A stretch of DNA of 64,000 bases from positions 13,761 through 77,760 of the forward strand of contig JASEGR010000001.1 in assembly GCA_030017955.1 (NCBI GenBank), in the 5' to 3' direction. The stretch is from Candidatus Eiseniibacteriota bacterium (GTDB lineage Bacteria; Eisenbacteria; RBG-16-71-46; JASEGR01). Every line of letters starts with the position of its first letter. Within the stretch, counting starts at the first letter, position 1. Position numbers and translations under genes: made by a program. The notes under the pieces are model-generated. The model was not told the origin of the DNA, made no database searches, and saw nothing but the letters and a program-made list of their open reading frames with translations. Shown piece by piece: positions 48,881-58,845 of the stretch.

Positions 48881-50040
48881 CGCCCCACCAGTCCCTCGTA
48901 CAGCCCCTCCATCTTCAGCATCCACTGTGCATGATCGGCTTTCTCCCTGACGAGCGAGTAGTTTGCCTCCCGGCTACTGTTTCTCGTTGGCTCGTTTTTC
49001 AGCACAGTCAGTATCGAATCAGCCAGGGATTCCGGCGACTTGTCTCGCGGAAAGATAGCATTCACGCCCGGGGTAAACCATTCACGCACCGAAGGAAGGT
49101 CACTTAGTACCGGGACTGCACCGCAGGCAATCCCTTCGAGAACACTTATTGGCATGCTGTCACTATCCGGTATGGACACCACAACATCGGCAGCCGAATA
49201 ATAGAGTGGCATTTTGTCGTAAGGAACTTCTTCCTGGAAAACAATAGAGCCGCCTATCTTGAGCTCCCCAGCAATTCTCTCCATCTCAAGGCAGAATGAA
49301 TCCTTGGATTCCTGAGAGCGCGGGCCTTTCAAGACAAGTTTTGCCGAGGGGAACTCTTTCAGAACTCTTGGGAATGCACGAAGAATGGTCTCAACGTTGA
49401 AAAGTGCTTTCATCGCTCTTGGACTGAACACTACTGGGCCATCGCCAAGTCCTAACTCCTGCCGAAGCGAGCGTGCATCGATTCCCGGCCGGAAAAGTTC
49501 GAGGTCAACACCCCAGTGAATCAGTTCGATCTTATCCTTCGGAACACCTGCCGCCTGAAATGCACTTCTTCCCCTTTCTGTCTCGGTCGTTATGAGATCG
49601 GCCTTTCTCGCGGTGTAGCCGAATAGAAACTTGTTCAGCCGTCTTCTGTACGGCTCAAGAAACATATCTGAGCCCCAGCCCGTGAGCACAAAAGGATGGA
49701 AATTCGCGAGCGCCCCGGCCCAGCCGTACTGAGTCACGTAATGTGAGTGGAGAATGTCCGGCGATATCTCCTTCAAGATTCTCTTTATCTTTGGCAGGTT
49801 TTTGTAGGCGCTTGTCCTCGGGAAGGGACGAAGCGAAATGTCGATTTCAGTTATTCCCCCGATATTCCCTGGGACGGATGTCATGAGATAGACGTCGTGG
49901 CCTCTTTTCTTGAAAAACGAGAGCCACCGTTTTGTGTGGATACTGTCCCCTACTGCAAGGTAGCAGAGTTTCAAGTAGTCCCTGTCTCCCACACTAGCAT
50001 CGTGTTTTTCATCAAGACCGGGGCTTGAGTCTTCGCGCAC
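48868..50040 (-). CDS. Glycosyltransferase family 4
   Basis: 390 aa. GT-B C-terminal domain with EGIACGAVPVLSDL. Confidence 0.8.
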   Translation of the reverse strand: MREDSSPGLDEKHDASVGDRDYLKLCYLAVGDSIHTKRWLSFFKKRGHDVYLMTSVPGNIGGITEIDISLRPFPRTSAYKNLPKIKRILKEISPDILHSHYVTQYGWAGALANFHPFVLTGWGSDMFLEPYRRRLNKFLFGYTARKADLITTETERGRSAFQAAGVPKDKIELIHWGVDLELFRPGIDARSLRQELGLGDGPVVFSPRAMKALFNVETILRAFPRVLKEFPSAKLVLKGPRSQESKDSFCLEMERIAGELKIGGSIVFQEEVPYDKMPLYYSAADVVVSIPDSDSMPISVLEGIACGAVPVLSDLPSVREWFTPGVNAIFPRDKSPESLADSILTVLKNEPTRNSSREANYSLVREKADHAQWMLKMEGLYEGLVGRPSP

Positions 50041-51433
50041 TCACATAAGAAAGGAACTTTTTGAAGAGCTTCCCATATCCTGACGGAGGCGTTGTCCAGA
50101 AGCGCATGGCTACCCGACCCAGAAAATCAGTCACAGAAAACTTGAGCATTCTCCGGTAGGGCTCAAGCTCTCTTACGAACCGGATGTGTTCTTCCTCCAA
50201 TTCTTCTCTGGTCAGATACCGGGTGGGCATAACGACAGTTTGATGAAGGTCGATTGCTGACCAGTCCATGTTGTCGCTGACAAACTGTTTCTGCTTCGCG
50301 TAATCATATACTTCGCATCCCGGGTAGGGCGTGAAGACTGTGACGGCTGCAAAATCGGGCTCAAGCCTGGCAAGAAGTTTCTTTGTCTCAACGATGCTTT
50401 CCCTGCTCTCGCCGGGAGCGCCGACCATGAGATATGCGTGCCTCTTCATTGTGAGACCTTTTGACGCTCTGAATGCCTCCGCAATCTGCTCGATCGTGCT
50501 TCCCTTCTTCAGCTCCTTGAGTATTTCGGGTGAGCCGCTCTCAACTCCCATCCAGATTTCACTGCAACCGGCAGTGGCCATCTCCACAAACGTTTCTCTA
50601 TCAACCGTGTTCACGTGGACATTGCAGCCCCAAGTAATCTTGAGTCCTGATTCCTTCAGTTTCCTCGAAAACTCAATAGTTCTTTCCTTTGTCACTGTGA
50701 ACGTATCGTCGGAGAAATTCACATGCTCAATTCCGTAATCACGCACAAGCTCTTCTATTTCTTTGATGACATTTTCGGGAGACCGCGGTCGCCACATTCG
50801 CGTCCAGACCGTATGCGACGCACAGTATGTACAGCGGTAGGGACAGCCTCTACTGGACAACACCCAGATCGTTCTCTTTCCGGCCTGGGATGATGTCCGG
50901 ATGAATTTCTCCTGGTCGAAGAGCTTTCTGTCCGGGGGCGGAAGCTCGTCAGTATTCTTGACAAGAGGTCTTGGTGGATTCGACCGTATTCCCGAACCGT
51001 CCCTGTATGAAATCCCCAGCACGTTCTTCACATCTCCGTTCCCTTCAAGTGTTCGAACAAGGTCAAGAAGCGTGAGTTCGCCTTCGTTTCTTACCACAAA
51101 ATCGACTTCATCATTGAGGAGAACGGATTCAGTGCACGCCGTGGCGTGAGTGCCGCCAAACACAATCTTCAGATTGGGATTATGTCTCTTTGCCTTCCTA
51201 GCAATGTTCATGCCGTCGGAAAACATGGGGGACGTCCCGGTAATCCCTGCAATGTCCGATTCGGCACAGGCCATTGCAATCGCATCCGCATCCTCGAAGG
51301 CCGAGATTCTGATGGAGACGTCTGAAAAGCCGTTGGCCTTGAGAAAAGACGCGAGGTAGCCGAGGTTCAGGGGTTCCCAGACAAACGATGGGTTATGCCG
51401 GTAAGCTTTGGGTTGAACCAGAGTTATCTTCAC
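50012..51433 (-). CDS. Cobalamin-binding (class B) radical SAM enzyme
   Basis: 473 aa. N-terminal B12-binding Rossmann domain (IAGITGTSPMF...IVFGGTHAT) followed by a radical SAM core with CPYRCTYCAS. Confidence 0.8.
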   Translation of the reverse strand: MKITLVQPKAYRHNPSFVWEPLNLGYLASFLKANGFSDVSIRISAFEDADAIAMACAESDIAGITGTSPMFSDGMNIARKAKRHNPNLKIVFGGTHATACTESVLLNDEVDFVVRNEGELTLLDLVRTLEGNGDVKNVLGISYRDGSGIRSNPPRPLVKNTDELPPPDRKLFDQEKFIRTSSQAGKRTIWVLSSRGCPYRCTYCASHTVWTRMWRPRSPENVIKEIEELVRDYGIEHVNFSDDTFTVTKERTIEFSRKLKESGLKITWGCNVHVNTVDRETFVEMATAGCSEIWMGVESGSPEILKELKKGSTIEQIAEAFRASKGLTMKRHAYLMVGAPGESRESIVETKKLLARLEPDFAAVTVFTPYPGCEVYDYAKQKQFVSDNMDWSAIDLHQTVVMPTRYLTREELEEEHIRFVRELEPYRRMLKFSVTDFLGRVAMRFWTTPPSGYGKLFKKFLSYVSARRLKPRS

Positions 51434-51515
51434 TGCCGAAAGTATAACACAAGGTCAAAAATCGTTCACCCAGGAAAAAAGGTGACCTCAGAGTCTGGAC
51501 AATAGTGTTGCGGAG

Positions 51516-52415
51516 TCATCTCCTGCAGATTACTTGAAGTATTCCTTCGATAACACCAACTGTTCCTCTCGGGCTTCCGGCGAGGATCTGGTCCAGTATT
51601 AGGCCAAGAATCGATATCGAATGCGCCAACTTGCTTACAGAGTCCTGAGGGAAATTCTTCTTGAACAGGTAGTGGTGATTGATGACAAGGGTCTTTTTTG
51701 CCTCGCGATTGTCCGGCCTTTCCCTCTTTGAAGGAAGATGGGCAAGTCTTGCGTAGGGCTCATATACGAGTTTGTACTTTCTCGAGATTCTGTACGAGAG
51801 GTCATCGTCTTCCATGTAGCTCCCCCTGGCAAGATCCTCGTCGGGTCTGATTTCATCGAGAACTTTTCTTCTGTATGCAGTGAGTCCGCCGGAAAGGCAT
51901 TCGACTTCTTGCCTGACTTTTCTGTCGTGAACGAATGTCGGGAAGCCTGACCTCTTGAACTTGCCGCTGCCGAAATCAGGGAGAAAGAATGCTTTCCTCA
52001 AAAGGCTCCTGAGTCCTCTTCTTCTCGGAGGAAGGTTTGTTATTGTCCCCATTCCCCCCGCTATCTCGCCTCTTTCATCCTGCTCAAAGACGCCGAGCAG
52101 ACTCAAAATGAAGCCGTCTTCGAGGACTACATCATCATCGAAGAAGAAAATCACATCTCCAGTGGCTTTTTCTATCCCGACCCTCTTCTGAAGGGAAAGC
52201 CCGGGCTTGCTTCTCAGGAACACGAGGCGGAATCCAGGATCTGGAAAGTCTGTCTTGAGCTCCTGCTCGAATGGCGCGCCATCCGACGAGTCAACAACGA
52301 TTGCCTCGTCGGGCAGCCTGGTCTGCTTCGCAATCGACGCCAAGCACCTTTTGAGTTCTTCGGGCCTGTTCCTGGTAGGTATAACGACCGATGTCCTAAG
52401 TGGAACACTTTTCAT
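51516..52415 (-). CDS. Glycosyltransferase family 2
   Basis: 299 aa. TSVVIPTRNRPEEL...IVVDSSDG. Confidence 0.8.
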   Translation of the reverse strand: MKSVPLRTSVVIPTRNRPEELKRCLASIAKQTRLPDEAIVVDSSDGAPFEQELKTDFPDPGFRLVFLRSKPGLSLQKRVGIEKATGDVIFFFDDDVVLEDGFILSLLGVFEQDERGEIAGGMGTITNLPPRRRGLRSLLRKAFFLPDFGSGKFKRSGFPTFVHDRKVRQEVECLSGGLTAYRRKVLDEIRPDEDLARGSYMEDDDLSYRISRKYKLVYEPYARLAHLPSKRERPDNREAKKTLVINHHYLFKKNFPQDSVSKLAHSISILGLILDQILAGSPRGTVGVIEGILQVICRR

Positions 52416-52589
52416 GGGAAGGAGCCTCGGGCAAAAAGGTTATTTCTTCGTGATGCTGACAGCGGTGTCCGTCGGCGGTCGAGGCGGATCCCGGAGTCAG
52501 CTGGGGCGAGGAACTCATCTCTTGGATTCCAAAAGCATTACTTCTATCGGTGGTCAAGGTGGACGCCCGAATTGGCCGGAGCATGGAAA

Positions 52590-53819
52590 TCATCTCTTGC
52601 TTTTCCAGAGCGCCTCGACGCTGGATACAATGAATTCGAGATCTTCTCTTTTCAGCGAAGGATGACATGGAAGCGACAATATCTTCGCAGCGAGTCCTTC
52701 TGTTATCGGCAGAGAGTCGGGCCCGTATCCGAGATATCTCAGTGCAGGCTGAAGGTGGACCGGAGGAAAGTAGACTTTTGAAGAGATGCCTTTTTTCCCA
52801 AGCCATTCCGCCAGCTCCGTGCGCGAGAAACCGGTCAGAGCTTCTTCGATCTTCAAGGTATAGAGCGTGAAGGGATGCGTCCTGTCATTCTTGATTGCGG
52901 GCGGCACGATTCCGCTAAACTTTGACAGCTTCTCACTGAGATACCTGGCGTTTACATTCTTCTTCTTGTTGATTGAATCAAGCTTCTTAAGCTGCTCGAT
53001 TCCTACCGCTGCCTGGAGCTCGGTCATCCTGTAGTTGTAACCGACAACGACATGATGGTACTGCTTCTCCTGTCCGTGATTTCTCAGAAGTCTGAGCTTG
53101 GCTGCAAGCGAGCCATCGCCGGTAGTGACCATACCGCCTTCACCTGCCGTGATGTTCTTTGTCGGAGTGAAACTGAACATCGCCGCATCTCCAAAAGAAC
53201 CGGCCTTCTTCCCTTTATAGGAAGCTCCATGCGCCTGGGCTGCATCCTCAATGACAAGAAGATTTCGCAATCCGGCTATTTCGAGTATCTCCTTCATATC
53301 AGCCGGTTGTCCCCCATAGTGTACCGGCATCACGGCCTTTGTTTTCTTGGTGATCTTCCTCTCGACATCCGATGGGTCCAGGTTGAAGCTCTCCGGATCG
53401 ACTTCAGCGAAGACGGGCGTCCCGCCTGCATGGATAACGGAAGTGGCAGTCGAGAAAAATGTGAGCGATGGGACGATTACTTCATCTCCGCGGCCGATCC
53501 CGAGCGCAAGAAGGATTGAGTGAAGGGCGACTGTGCCGTTCATGAAGGCAACAGCGTGTTCAACCCCCACGTAAGCGGCAAACTTCCTCTCGAACTTCTC
53601 CACCTGCTCGCCCTGGCTCAACCATCCGGAAGCAATGACGTTCTTGAGGGCTTCCACCTCTTCCTTCCCAACGGAAGGGCAGGCAAGAGGAATTGGGTTG
53701 GCGGGGCCTCGACTGTGTGGCCGCCGGCGCGGGTGAATTGGGTCACGGGAACCTGGGCTACGGCGCCGCGGTTTCTGAGTCGATCTAGAAGAAGAGGTGT
53801 TTGAGTTTTTCAAACTCAT
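52590..53819 (-). CDS. DegT/DnrJ/EryC1/StrS-family PLP-dependent sugar aminotransferase
   Basis: 409 aa with GWLSQGEQVEKFERKFAAYVG. The first roughly 40 aa are an R/P/S-rich extension that overlaps the upstream gene by 35 bp, so the true start is probably downstream (about 53690-53700). Confidence 0.8.
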   Translation of the reverse strand: MSLKNSNTSSSRSTQKPRRRSPGSRDPIHPRRRPHSRGPANPIPLACPSVGKEEVEALKNVIASGWLSQGEQVEKFERKFAAYVGVEHAVAFMNGTVALHSILLALGIGRGDEVIVPSLTFFSTATSVIHAGGTPVFAEVDPESFNLDPSDVERKITKKTKAVMPVHYGGQPADMKEILEIAGLRNLLVIEDAAQAHGASYKGKKAGSFGDAAMFSFTPTKNITAGEGGMVTTGDGSLAAKLRLLRNHGQEKQYHHVVVGYNYRMTELQAAVGIEQLKKLDSINKKKNVNARYLSEKLSKFSGIVPPAIKNDRTHPFTLYTLKIEEALTGFSRTELAEWLGKKGISSKVYFPPVHLQPALRYLGYGPDSLPITEGLAAKILSLPCHPSLKREDLEFIVSSVEALWKSKR

Positions 53820-54486
53820 TCTGGGCCTTCTCGTATTCTTCGTGTCTTCCTATGTCCAGCCAGAAATCGCTGCACGGGTAGCCAACCACCTTCTTGCCAT
53901 CTCCGATCAATCTCAAGACAAGCTCAGGGAAATCAGCCTTCTCCCCCTTCTTGATATAGCTCAGGGCCTCGGGCTCAAAAACGTAGATACCCATGCCAAC
54001 CTCGTAGCGATGAACTGGTTTCTCAATGTATCCTGTAATGTTGTACTTCCCGTCGCGCTCAACATATCCGAGGTTGATTTGATGAGACCTCTCCTGAAGG
54101 GCAATTGTAAGAACAGCATCTTTCTTCTTGTGATACTCGACGACCCTGTTGAAATCGAGCGTTGTGAGAAGGTCCCCATTCATCACAAGAAATGTTGAAC
54201 TGAGGTCCTTGACAAGCAAAATTGGACCGGCTGTCCCAAGGGACTCTCTCTCAACTGAATACTCAAGCTCAACACCCCACTTGCTTCCATCCCCGAAGTA
54301 AGCTTCAAAGAGATGGGACAGATAGCCGACCGCAAGAGTGATTTTGGTGAATCCCTGCTTCTTGAGCTGCCTTATGACTATTTCCAGGATCGGATAGTCA
54401 CCAACCGGGAGAAGCGGCTTGGGAAGAACCGTTGTGAGTGGAAGAAGCCTGGTTCCCTTGCCCCCTGCAAGCACAATAGTTTTCAC
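53785..54486 (-). CDS. Sugar-1-phosphate nucleotidylyltransferase
   Basis: 233 aa. MKTIVLAGGKGTRLLPLT...PKPLLPV. Confidence 0.8.
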   Translation of the reverse strand: MKTIVLAGGKGTRLLPLTTVLPKPLLPVGDYPILEIVIRQLKKQGFTKITLAVGYLSHLFEAYFGDGSKWGVELEYSVERESLGTAGPILLVKDLSSTFLVMNGDLLTTLDFNRVVEYHKKKDAVLTIALQERSHQINLGYVERDGKYNITGYIEKPVHRYEVGMGIYVFEPEALSYIKKGEKADFPELVLRLIGDGKKVVGYPCSDFWLDIGRHEEYEKAQNEFEKLKHLFF

Positions 54487-54527
54487 GAATCACCTCGCTC
54501 GATCTCGGTCAACTCGCCAAAGCTCCC

Positions 54528-55511
54528 TTACACAACGTATTCCCAGGGTCTGAACCGGCCCATGTTCTCGGAAAACCATTTGATGGTTTCCTTGAGACCT
54601 TTATCCAGCGAGACTTTCGGTTCCCAACCAAGCAATTCCCTTGCCTTGCTTGAATCGGCGACGAGCCGCTGGACCTCACTTCTCTCGGGCCTGACCCTTT
54701 CCTTCGCCTCCGTGACGACAAGCTCCTTTCCGACGAGTTCCCCTATCTTCTTCACCAGTTCTCCGACCGAGATTCCAGTCCCAGTCCCAATGTTCATTAC
54801 CTCTCCGACGGACCTCTCATCCTCTGCGATTCTAAGAAAGGCATCAACAGTGTCCGCGACAAAGGTGAAGTCTCTCGTAGGATGAAGGGAGCCGGCCTTC
54901 ACCTCGATTCCTTTCAAGGCCTGGGTGATGATGGTAGGCACGACTGCGCGCATCGATTGTCTTGGTCCATAGCAGTTGAAAGGCCTTATTGTCGCGACCG
55001 GAAGGCCAAACGAAAGATGGAAGCTCTCGGCAAGCTTGTCGGCTCCTATCTTGCTGGCCGAATAGGGCGATTGGCCTTGGAGCGGGTGTTTCTCGTCAAT
55101 TGGAACATAGAGGGCCGAGCCATAGACTTCACTTGTCGAAGTGTGAACAATCTTTTCGACTCCGACTTCTTTTGCGGCATTAAGCACGTTGAGAGTCCCG
55201 ACCACATTGGTCTCGACGACATCCAGGGGATGCTTGTACGAGTAAGGAATTGCGATGAGCGCGGCCAGGTGAAAAACAACATCCGTCTTGTCCATGGCTT
55301 TCTTGACTGCGTCACTGTCCTTGAGATCTCCATGGATAATCTCAACCCTGTCTTCGAGCCCGGAATCCGACAGAAAACCCCTCTCGCCTCTTGAAGTGTA
55401 TCTCAGGAAGACTCTGACTTTGGCTCCTTCTTTGACAAGTTTCTCAGCAAGATGGCTTCCAATGAAGCCGCCGCCGCCAGTGAGAAGTATTCTCTTTCCT
55501 GAGAGTTTCAT
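54528..55511 (-). CDS. NAD-dependent epimerase/dehydratase (nucleotide-sugar 4,6-dehydratase or decarboxylase-like SDR)
   Basis: 327 aa. ILLTGGGGFIGSHL and the catalytic YSASK. Confidence 0.8.
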   Translation of the reverse strand: MKLSGKRILLTGGGGFIGSHLAEKLVKEGAKVRVFLRYTSRGERGFLSDSGLEDRVEIIHGDLKDSDAVKKAMDKTDVVFHLAALIAIPYSYKHPLDVVETNVVGTLNVLNAAKEVGVEKIVHTSTSEVYGSALYVPIDEKHPLQGQSPYSASKIGADKLAESFHLSFGLPVATIRPFNCYGPRQSMRAVVPTIITQALKGIEVKAGSLHPTRDFTFVADTVDAFLRIAEDERSVGEVMNIGTGTGISVGELVKKIGELVGKELVVTEAKERVRPERSEVQRLVADSSKARELLGWEPKVSLDKGLKETIKWFSENMGRFRPWEYVV

Positions 55512-55568
55512 GAAAGCTCCTCCTCTTCTTTCCTTCGGAAGATTGGAGTCGAGGAAGAAACCCCGTTC

Positions 55569-56681
55569 CTATCCTAGGAACTCACCGATAATCTTGACTA
55601 TTCTCCCTGTTGCGCTCCCAACTCCGAAAAGCTCGGGTCTTCTCGGAGTCCCGGGGAGACCCCTCCTTACAGTATCGACAATCTCTTCCTCATCAACATC
55701 GCAGAGCGTGTTCCATCCACCCTCGAGCGTCTCAACCCATTCAGTCCTGTTTCTCAGTGTAACTACCGGCACTTCAAAAAAGTAAGCCTCTTTCTGTACA
55801 CCACCTGAATCTGTCAGGACCACAGCAGCATTTTTCTCAAGGACCAGCATGTCCAGATAAGACACCGGATCAATCATCCTGAGCTGCGGGCTTGCCGAAA
55901 AGGAAATCCCGCTGATAACCTTTCTTGTCCTCGGGTGAACCGGAAAAACGACCGGTCGCCCGAGTTTTCCGGCCATATTGAGAATCTTGAGCACCCTCTC
56001 CGGATCATCCGTATTTTCCGCCCTGTGCACTGTCAGCAAGAAGTATCCTTTTTTTGAGAGACTTAGTGAAGAGAGAATTTCACTTCTCTTTTCGGCCTCA
56101 ACGATCCTCTCCCCGAGAGTTTCAAGCATTACGTCTCCGGTGAAGTGGACTCCACTCCAGATTCCTTCCTTGTGCAGGTTTTGAACCGCCGTTTCAGTGG
56201 GACAGAACAAGAGCGCCGATACATGGTCCGTCAGGCAGCGGTTTATCTCTTCAGGCATCTTCTTCTCGTAACTTCTGAGGCCTGCCTCAACGTGGGCCAC
56301 GTCTATTCCCATCTTGGATGAAGCGAGTGCGCCCGCAAGAGTCGAGTTGGTGTCTCCGTAGACAATCGAGAGCGCCGGAGATTCGTCAATGAGCACCTGC
56401 TCAATTCTTTTCAGCATTTCGCCGGTCTGGAAACCATGTGAACCGGACCCGACCTCGAGATTGTACGCAGGTTCCGGTATCTCCAGCTCTTCGAAGAAGA
56501 CTCTCGACATCGCGTCATCATAGTGCTGACCGGTGTGAACGAGCACTTCCTCAAAATGTTCCCGAAGGAGTCTCCAGAGCTGAGCGCACTTTATGAATTG
56601 AGGCCTCGCGCCTACAATCGAGACTACTTTCTTTTTCCCTTTCAGCTGTACACCCTCCCCTGCGGACTTCCCGAAACTCAT
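55569..56681 (-). CDS. wecB: UDP-N-acetylglucosamine 2-epimerase (non-hydrolysing)
   Basis: 370 aa. IVGARPQFIKCAQL ... VHTGQHYD. Confidence 0.85.
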   Translation of the reverse strand: MSFGKSAGEGVQLKGKKKVVSIVGARPQFIKCAQLWRLLREHFEEVLVHTGQHYDDAMSRVFFEELEIPEPAYNLEVGSGSHGFQTGEMLKRIEQVLIDESPALSIVYGDTNSTLAGALASSKMGIDVAHVEAGLRSYEKKMPEEINRCLTDHVSALLFCPTETAVQNLHKEGIWSGVHFTGDVMLETLGERIVEAEKRSEILSSLSLSKKGYFLLTVHRAENTDDPERVLKILNMAGKLGRPVVFPVHPRTRKVISGISFSASPQLRMIDPVSYLDMLVLEKNAAVVLTDSGGVQKEAYFFEVPVVTLRNRTEWVETLEGGWNTLCDVDEEEIVDTVRRGLPGTPRRPELFGVGSATGRIVKIIGEFLG

Positions 56682-56717
56682 CTAACGTTGCGGCGATTTA
56701 TTCCCGGCATAGTTCAG

Positions 56718-57530
56718 TCAGAGTTTGAGATTCTCCACTTTACAAAACGGGCAAATCCAGATTTTGTCTTTTGCTTCTTCCGTGATGTGCCTGCCGCATG
56801 ACCTGCACACATGAAAGACAAGACGTAGCCCGCTCCCGCCTGTCTTCTGGAAAAACATTAGATAGTTGCTTCTGCTCACAAGGTCTATCCCTGCCCGTTT
56901 CAGGATCGAAAGAGTGCTGATGAAACCCTTCTGAAACCGCACGATCCTGGGATCATTCATCCAACTGAAACCCGACGGCGCCTCGGCAAATGAAATAAGC
57001 CTGAGCCCTCTCCTATAGAACTCTCTCACGACTCCTTGAAAGTCAAGCTTCTGCACATGCTCTAGTCTCTTCCTGAATTTGAACATTCCATATTTCGCGA
57101 AGAATCCTGCGAAGCGGTAGAACCTGTCGTCAAAAGACGCGGAGTTTGGAAACGAAAGATAGAGCCTCCCGCCCGGTTTGATTGATGAGACGAGATTGTC
57201 GATCGTTCCGGAGAAATCACCGATGTGCTCAAGCACATACTGGCAAACGACAAAATCGAAGACAGAATCCTTGAGCGGGAAAGAAACCAGGTCCGATAGA
57301 ACAAAGCTGACATTTGAGGACGCTCCCGGATTCCAGTTTTTCCTTCGTATGTCCACGCCGACTATCCTGAGATGCGGGAAGAGCCCATAGTTGAAACTCC
57401 CGCCGCCGCATCCGGCGTCAAGCACAAGACTTCCTGCCGGAAGGTCATTCAGCACTTCGTCAACGAACAAATGTTCATCCATGTGCAGGTTTCCGAGACG
57501 TCCAAGTGAACTCTCCCTTGCGGGATACAC
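56718..57530 (-). CDS. Class I SAM-dependent methyltransferase with C-terminal zinc ribbon
   Basis: 270 aa. VLDAGCGGGSF motif and a C-terminal CRSCG...CPFC. Confidence 0.7.
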   Translation of the reverse strand: MYPARESSLGRLGNLHMDEHLFVDEVLNDLPAGSLVLDAGCGGGSFNYGLFPHLRIVGVDIRRKNWNPGASSNVSFVLSDLVSFPLKDSVFDFVVCQYVLEHIGDFSGTIDNLVSSIKPGGRLYLSFPNSASFDDRFYRFAGFFAKYGMFKFRKRLEHVQKLDFQGVVREFYRRGLRLISFAEAPSGFSWMNDPRIVRFQKGFISTLSILKRAGIDLVSRSNYLMFFQKTGGSGLRLVFHVCRSCGRHITEEAKDKIWICPFCKVENLKL

Positions 57531-57550
57531 CCGGAGAATGCAGGCAAGGG

Positions 57551-58507
57551 TCAGAACCTATTTCGGCTGCTCCACCAGTGGCAGGTTTCATGATCTTCTT
57601 TCAAGCCATGGCCGGGTTTCAGGGCAGCACGGATTCCAGAAAAGACCCCTTTCCATAGAGCATGCACATTTCTGGCATTTCCCGGAGTAAGATTTTTCAA
57701 TGAGAAGGCAACAAGTCCCAGAAGCCCAAAGACAGGCGCTGTTAGGAAGTGGTACCACTTCGCGTATTTTCTGAAAAGGAAAATCCCGCTCTTTCCCCTA
57801 TTGTATGCTTTGAATGGGGTTAGACCGCCGCCCGAGCTCGATGAGACTTTGTGCCATGCGATTGCTTCCGGAACGAAGAGGAGCGTGTATCCGGCTTCTC
57901 TTGCCCTGAGTGAAAAATCAGCATCCTCTCCATAAATAGAATACCTGTCGTCGAGCATTCCGACCTTCCCGATGACTTCCCTCCTGATCATAAGCGCGCA
58001 TGCCGTCAGGTAATCAACGAAAGCCTTCCGGGAGTACTTTTGGGAGTCCGCCTGCCTTATCCCGATATGTGAAGTCATCCCTGCCCAAAGCCTAACTCTC
58101 CCGCCTGCCGACCATATCGTTCTCGTTCCGGCGTAGAATATCTTCGGGCCGGAGAGCCCGGTGTCATGTTCGCGCTCCAGTGAATCGACAAGATTTGGCA
58201 CACAATCCGTATGAACCGTCGCGTCGCTGTTGATGAGGAAAAAATAATCGCCGCCCATCTCGCAGCCGCAGGAAAGCCCGATATTGACCCCCTTGCTGAA
58301 AAGGAGGTTTTCATTGTTCTTGATTACGATGGTCTCCGGGTAGGATTCTCTGGCCGCATCCGGCGTGCCGTCCGTCGAGCCATTGTCGACAAGTATAACC
58401 TGGAGTCTCGGATAGTTCGACTGCCGGAGGGATTCGAGACATTCGAGCGTGTCTCTCCTCCCGTTCCAGGTCACAACAATCGCAATCACACTCGGTTTTG
58501 GCACCAT
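57551..58507 (-). CDS. Glycosyltransferase family 2
   Basis: 318 aa. IAIVVTWNGRRDTL...VILVDNGSTDGT. Confidence 0.8.
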   Translation of the reverse strand: MVPKPSVIAIVVTWNGRRDTLECLESLRQSNYPRLQVILVDNGSTDGTPDAARESYPETIVIKNNENLLFSKGVNIGLSCGCEMGGDYFFLINSDATVHTDCVPNLVDSLEREHDTGLSGPKIFYAGTRTIWSAGGRVRLWAGMTSHIGIRQADSQKYSRKAFVDYLTACALMIRREVIGKVGMLDDRYSIYGEDADFSLRAREAGYTLLFVPEAIAWHKVSSSSGGGLTPFKAYNRGKSGIFLFRKYAKWYHFLTAPVFGLLGLVAFSLKNLTPGNARNVHALWKGVFSGIRAALKPGHGLKEDHETCHWWSSRNRF

Positions 58508-58845
58508 TAGGTCCTATTCGCTCGATATCTTCGGCCCAGCTAGCGGCCCACGGGGACCGGTTGCTCGGCACGGAAGAGCGTGGTGGCGATGAGCCGTGAG
58601 CTGGCTTACGCGGGAGGGATGGGGAATCCATCTTGGCAAGCAAGGTGGGGATACCCAGCCCTTTAGAGGCTGGGAGGGGTAAGGATTCCCCGCCTGGCGA
58701 GCCATAGATGGGTCATCCCGGAGCGGAGCCAGCAAAGGCTCATTCGCCATCACGATTCCACGCGCCATCTATGCGGCCACCTCCGACACTGCCACGCAGC
58801 CGACCCCGTGCCGAGGAGCCGACTCAGTTCGGCTCCCCCGAATTC

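Noticed and set aside
58508-58845. RNase P RNA, cobalamin riboswitch or SAM riboswitch
   Set aside because: The conserved RNase P blocks (GGAAAGUCCGGGCUCC, AGGGUGAAA) and the B12-box are not present on either strand. It is kept only as an unclassified structured spacer.
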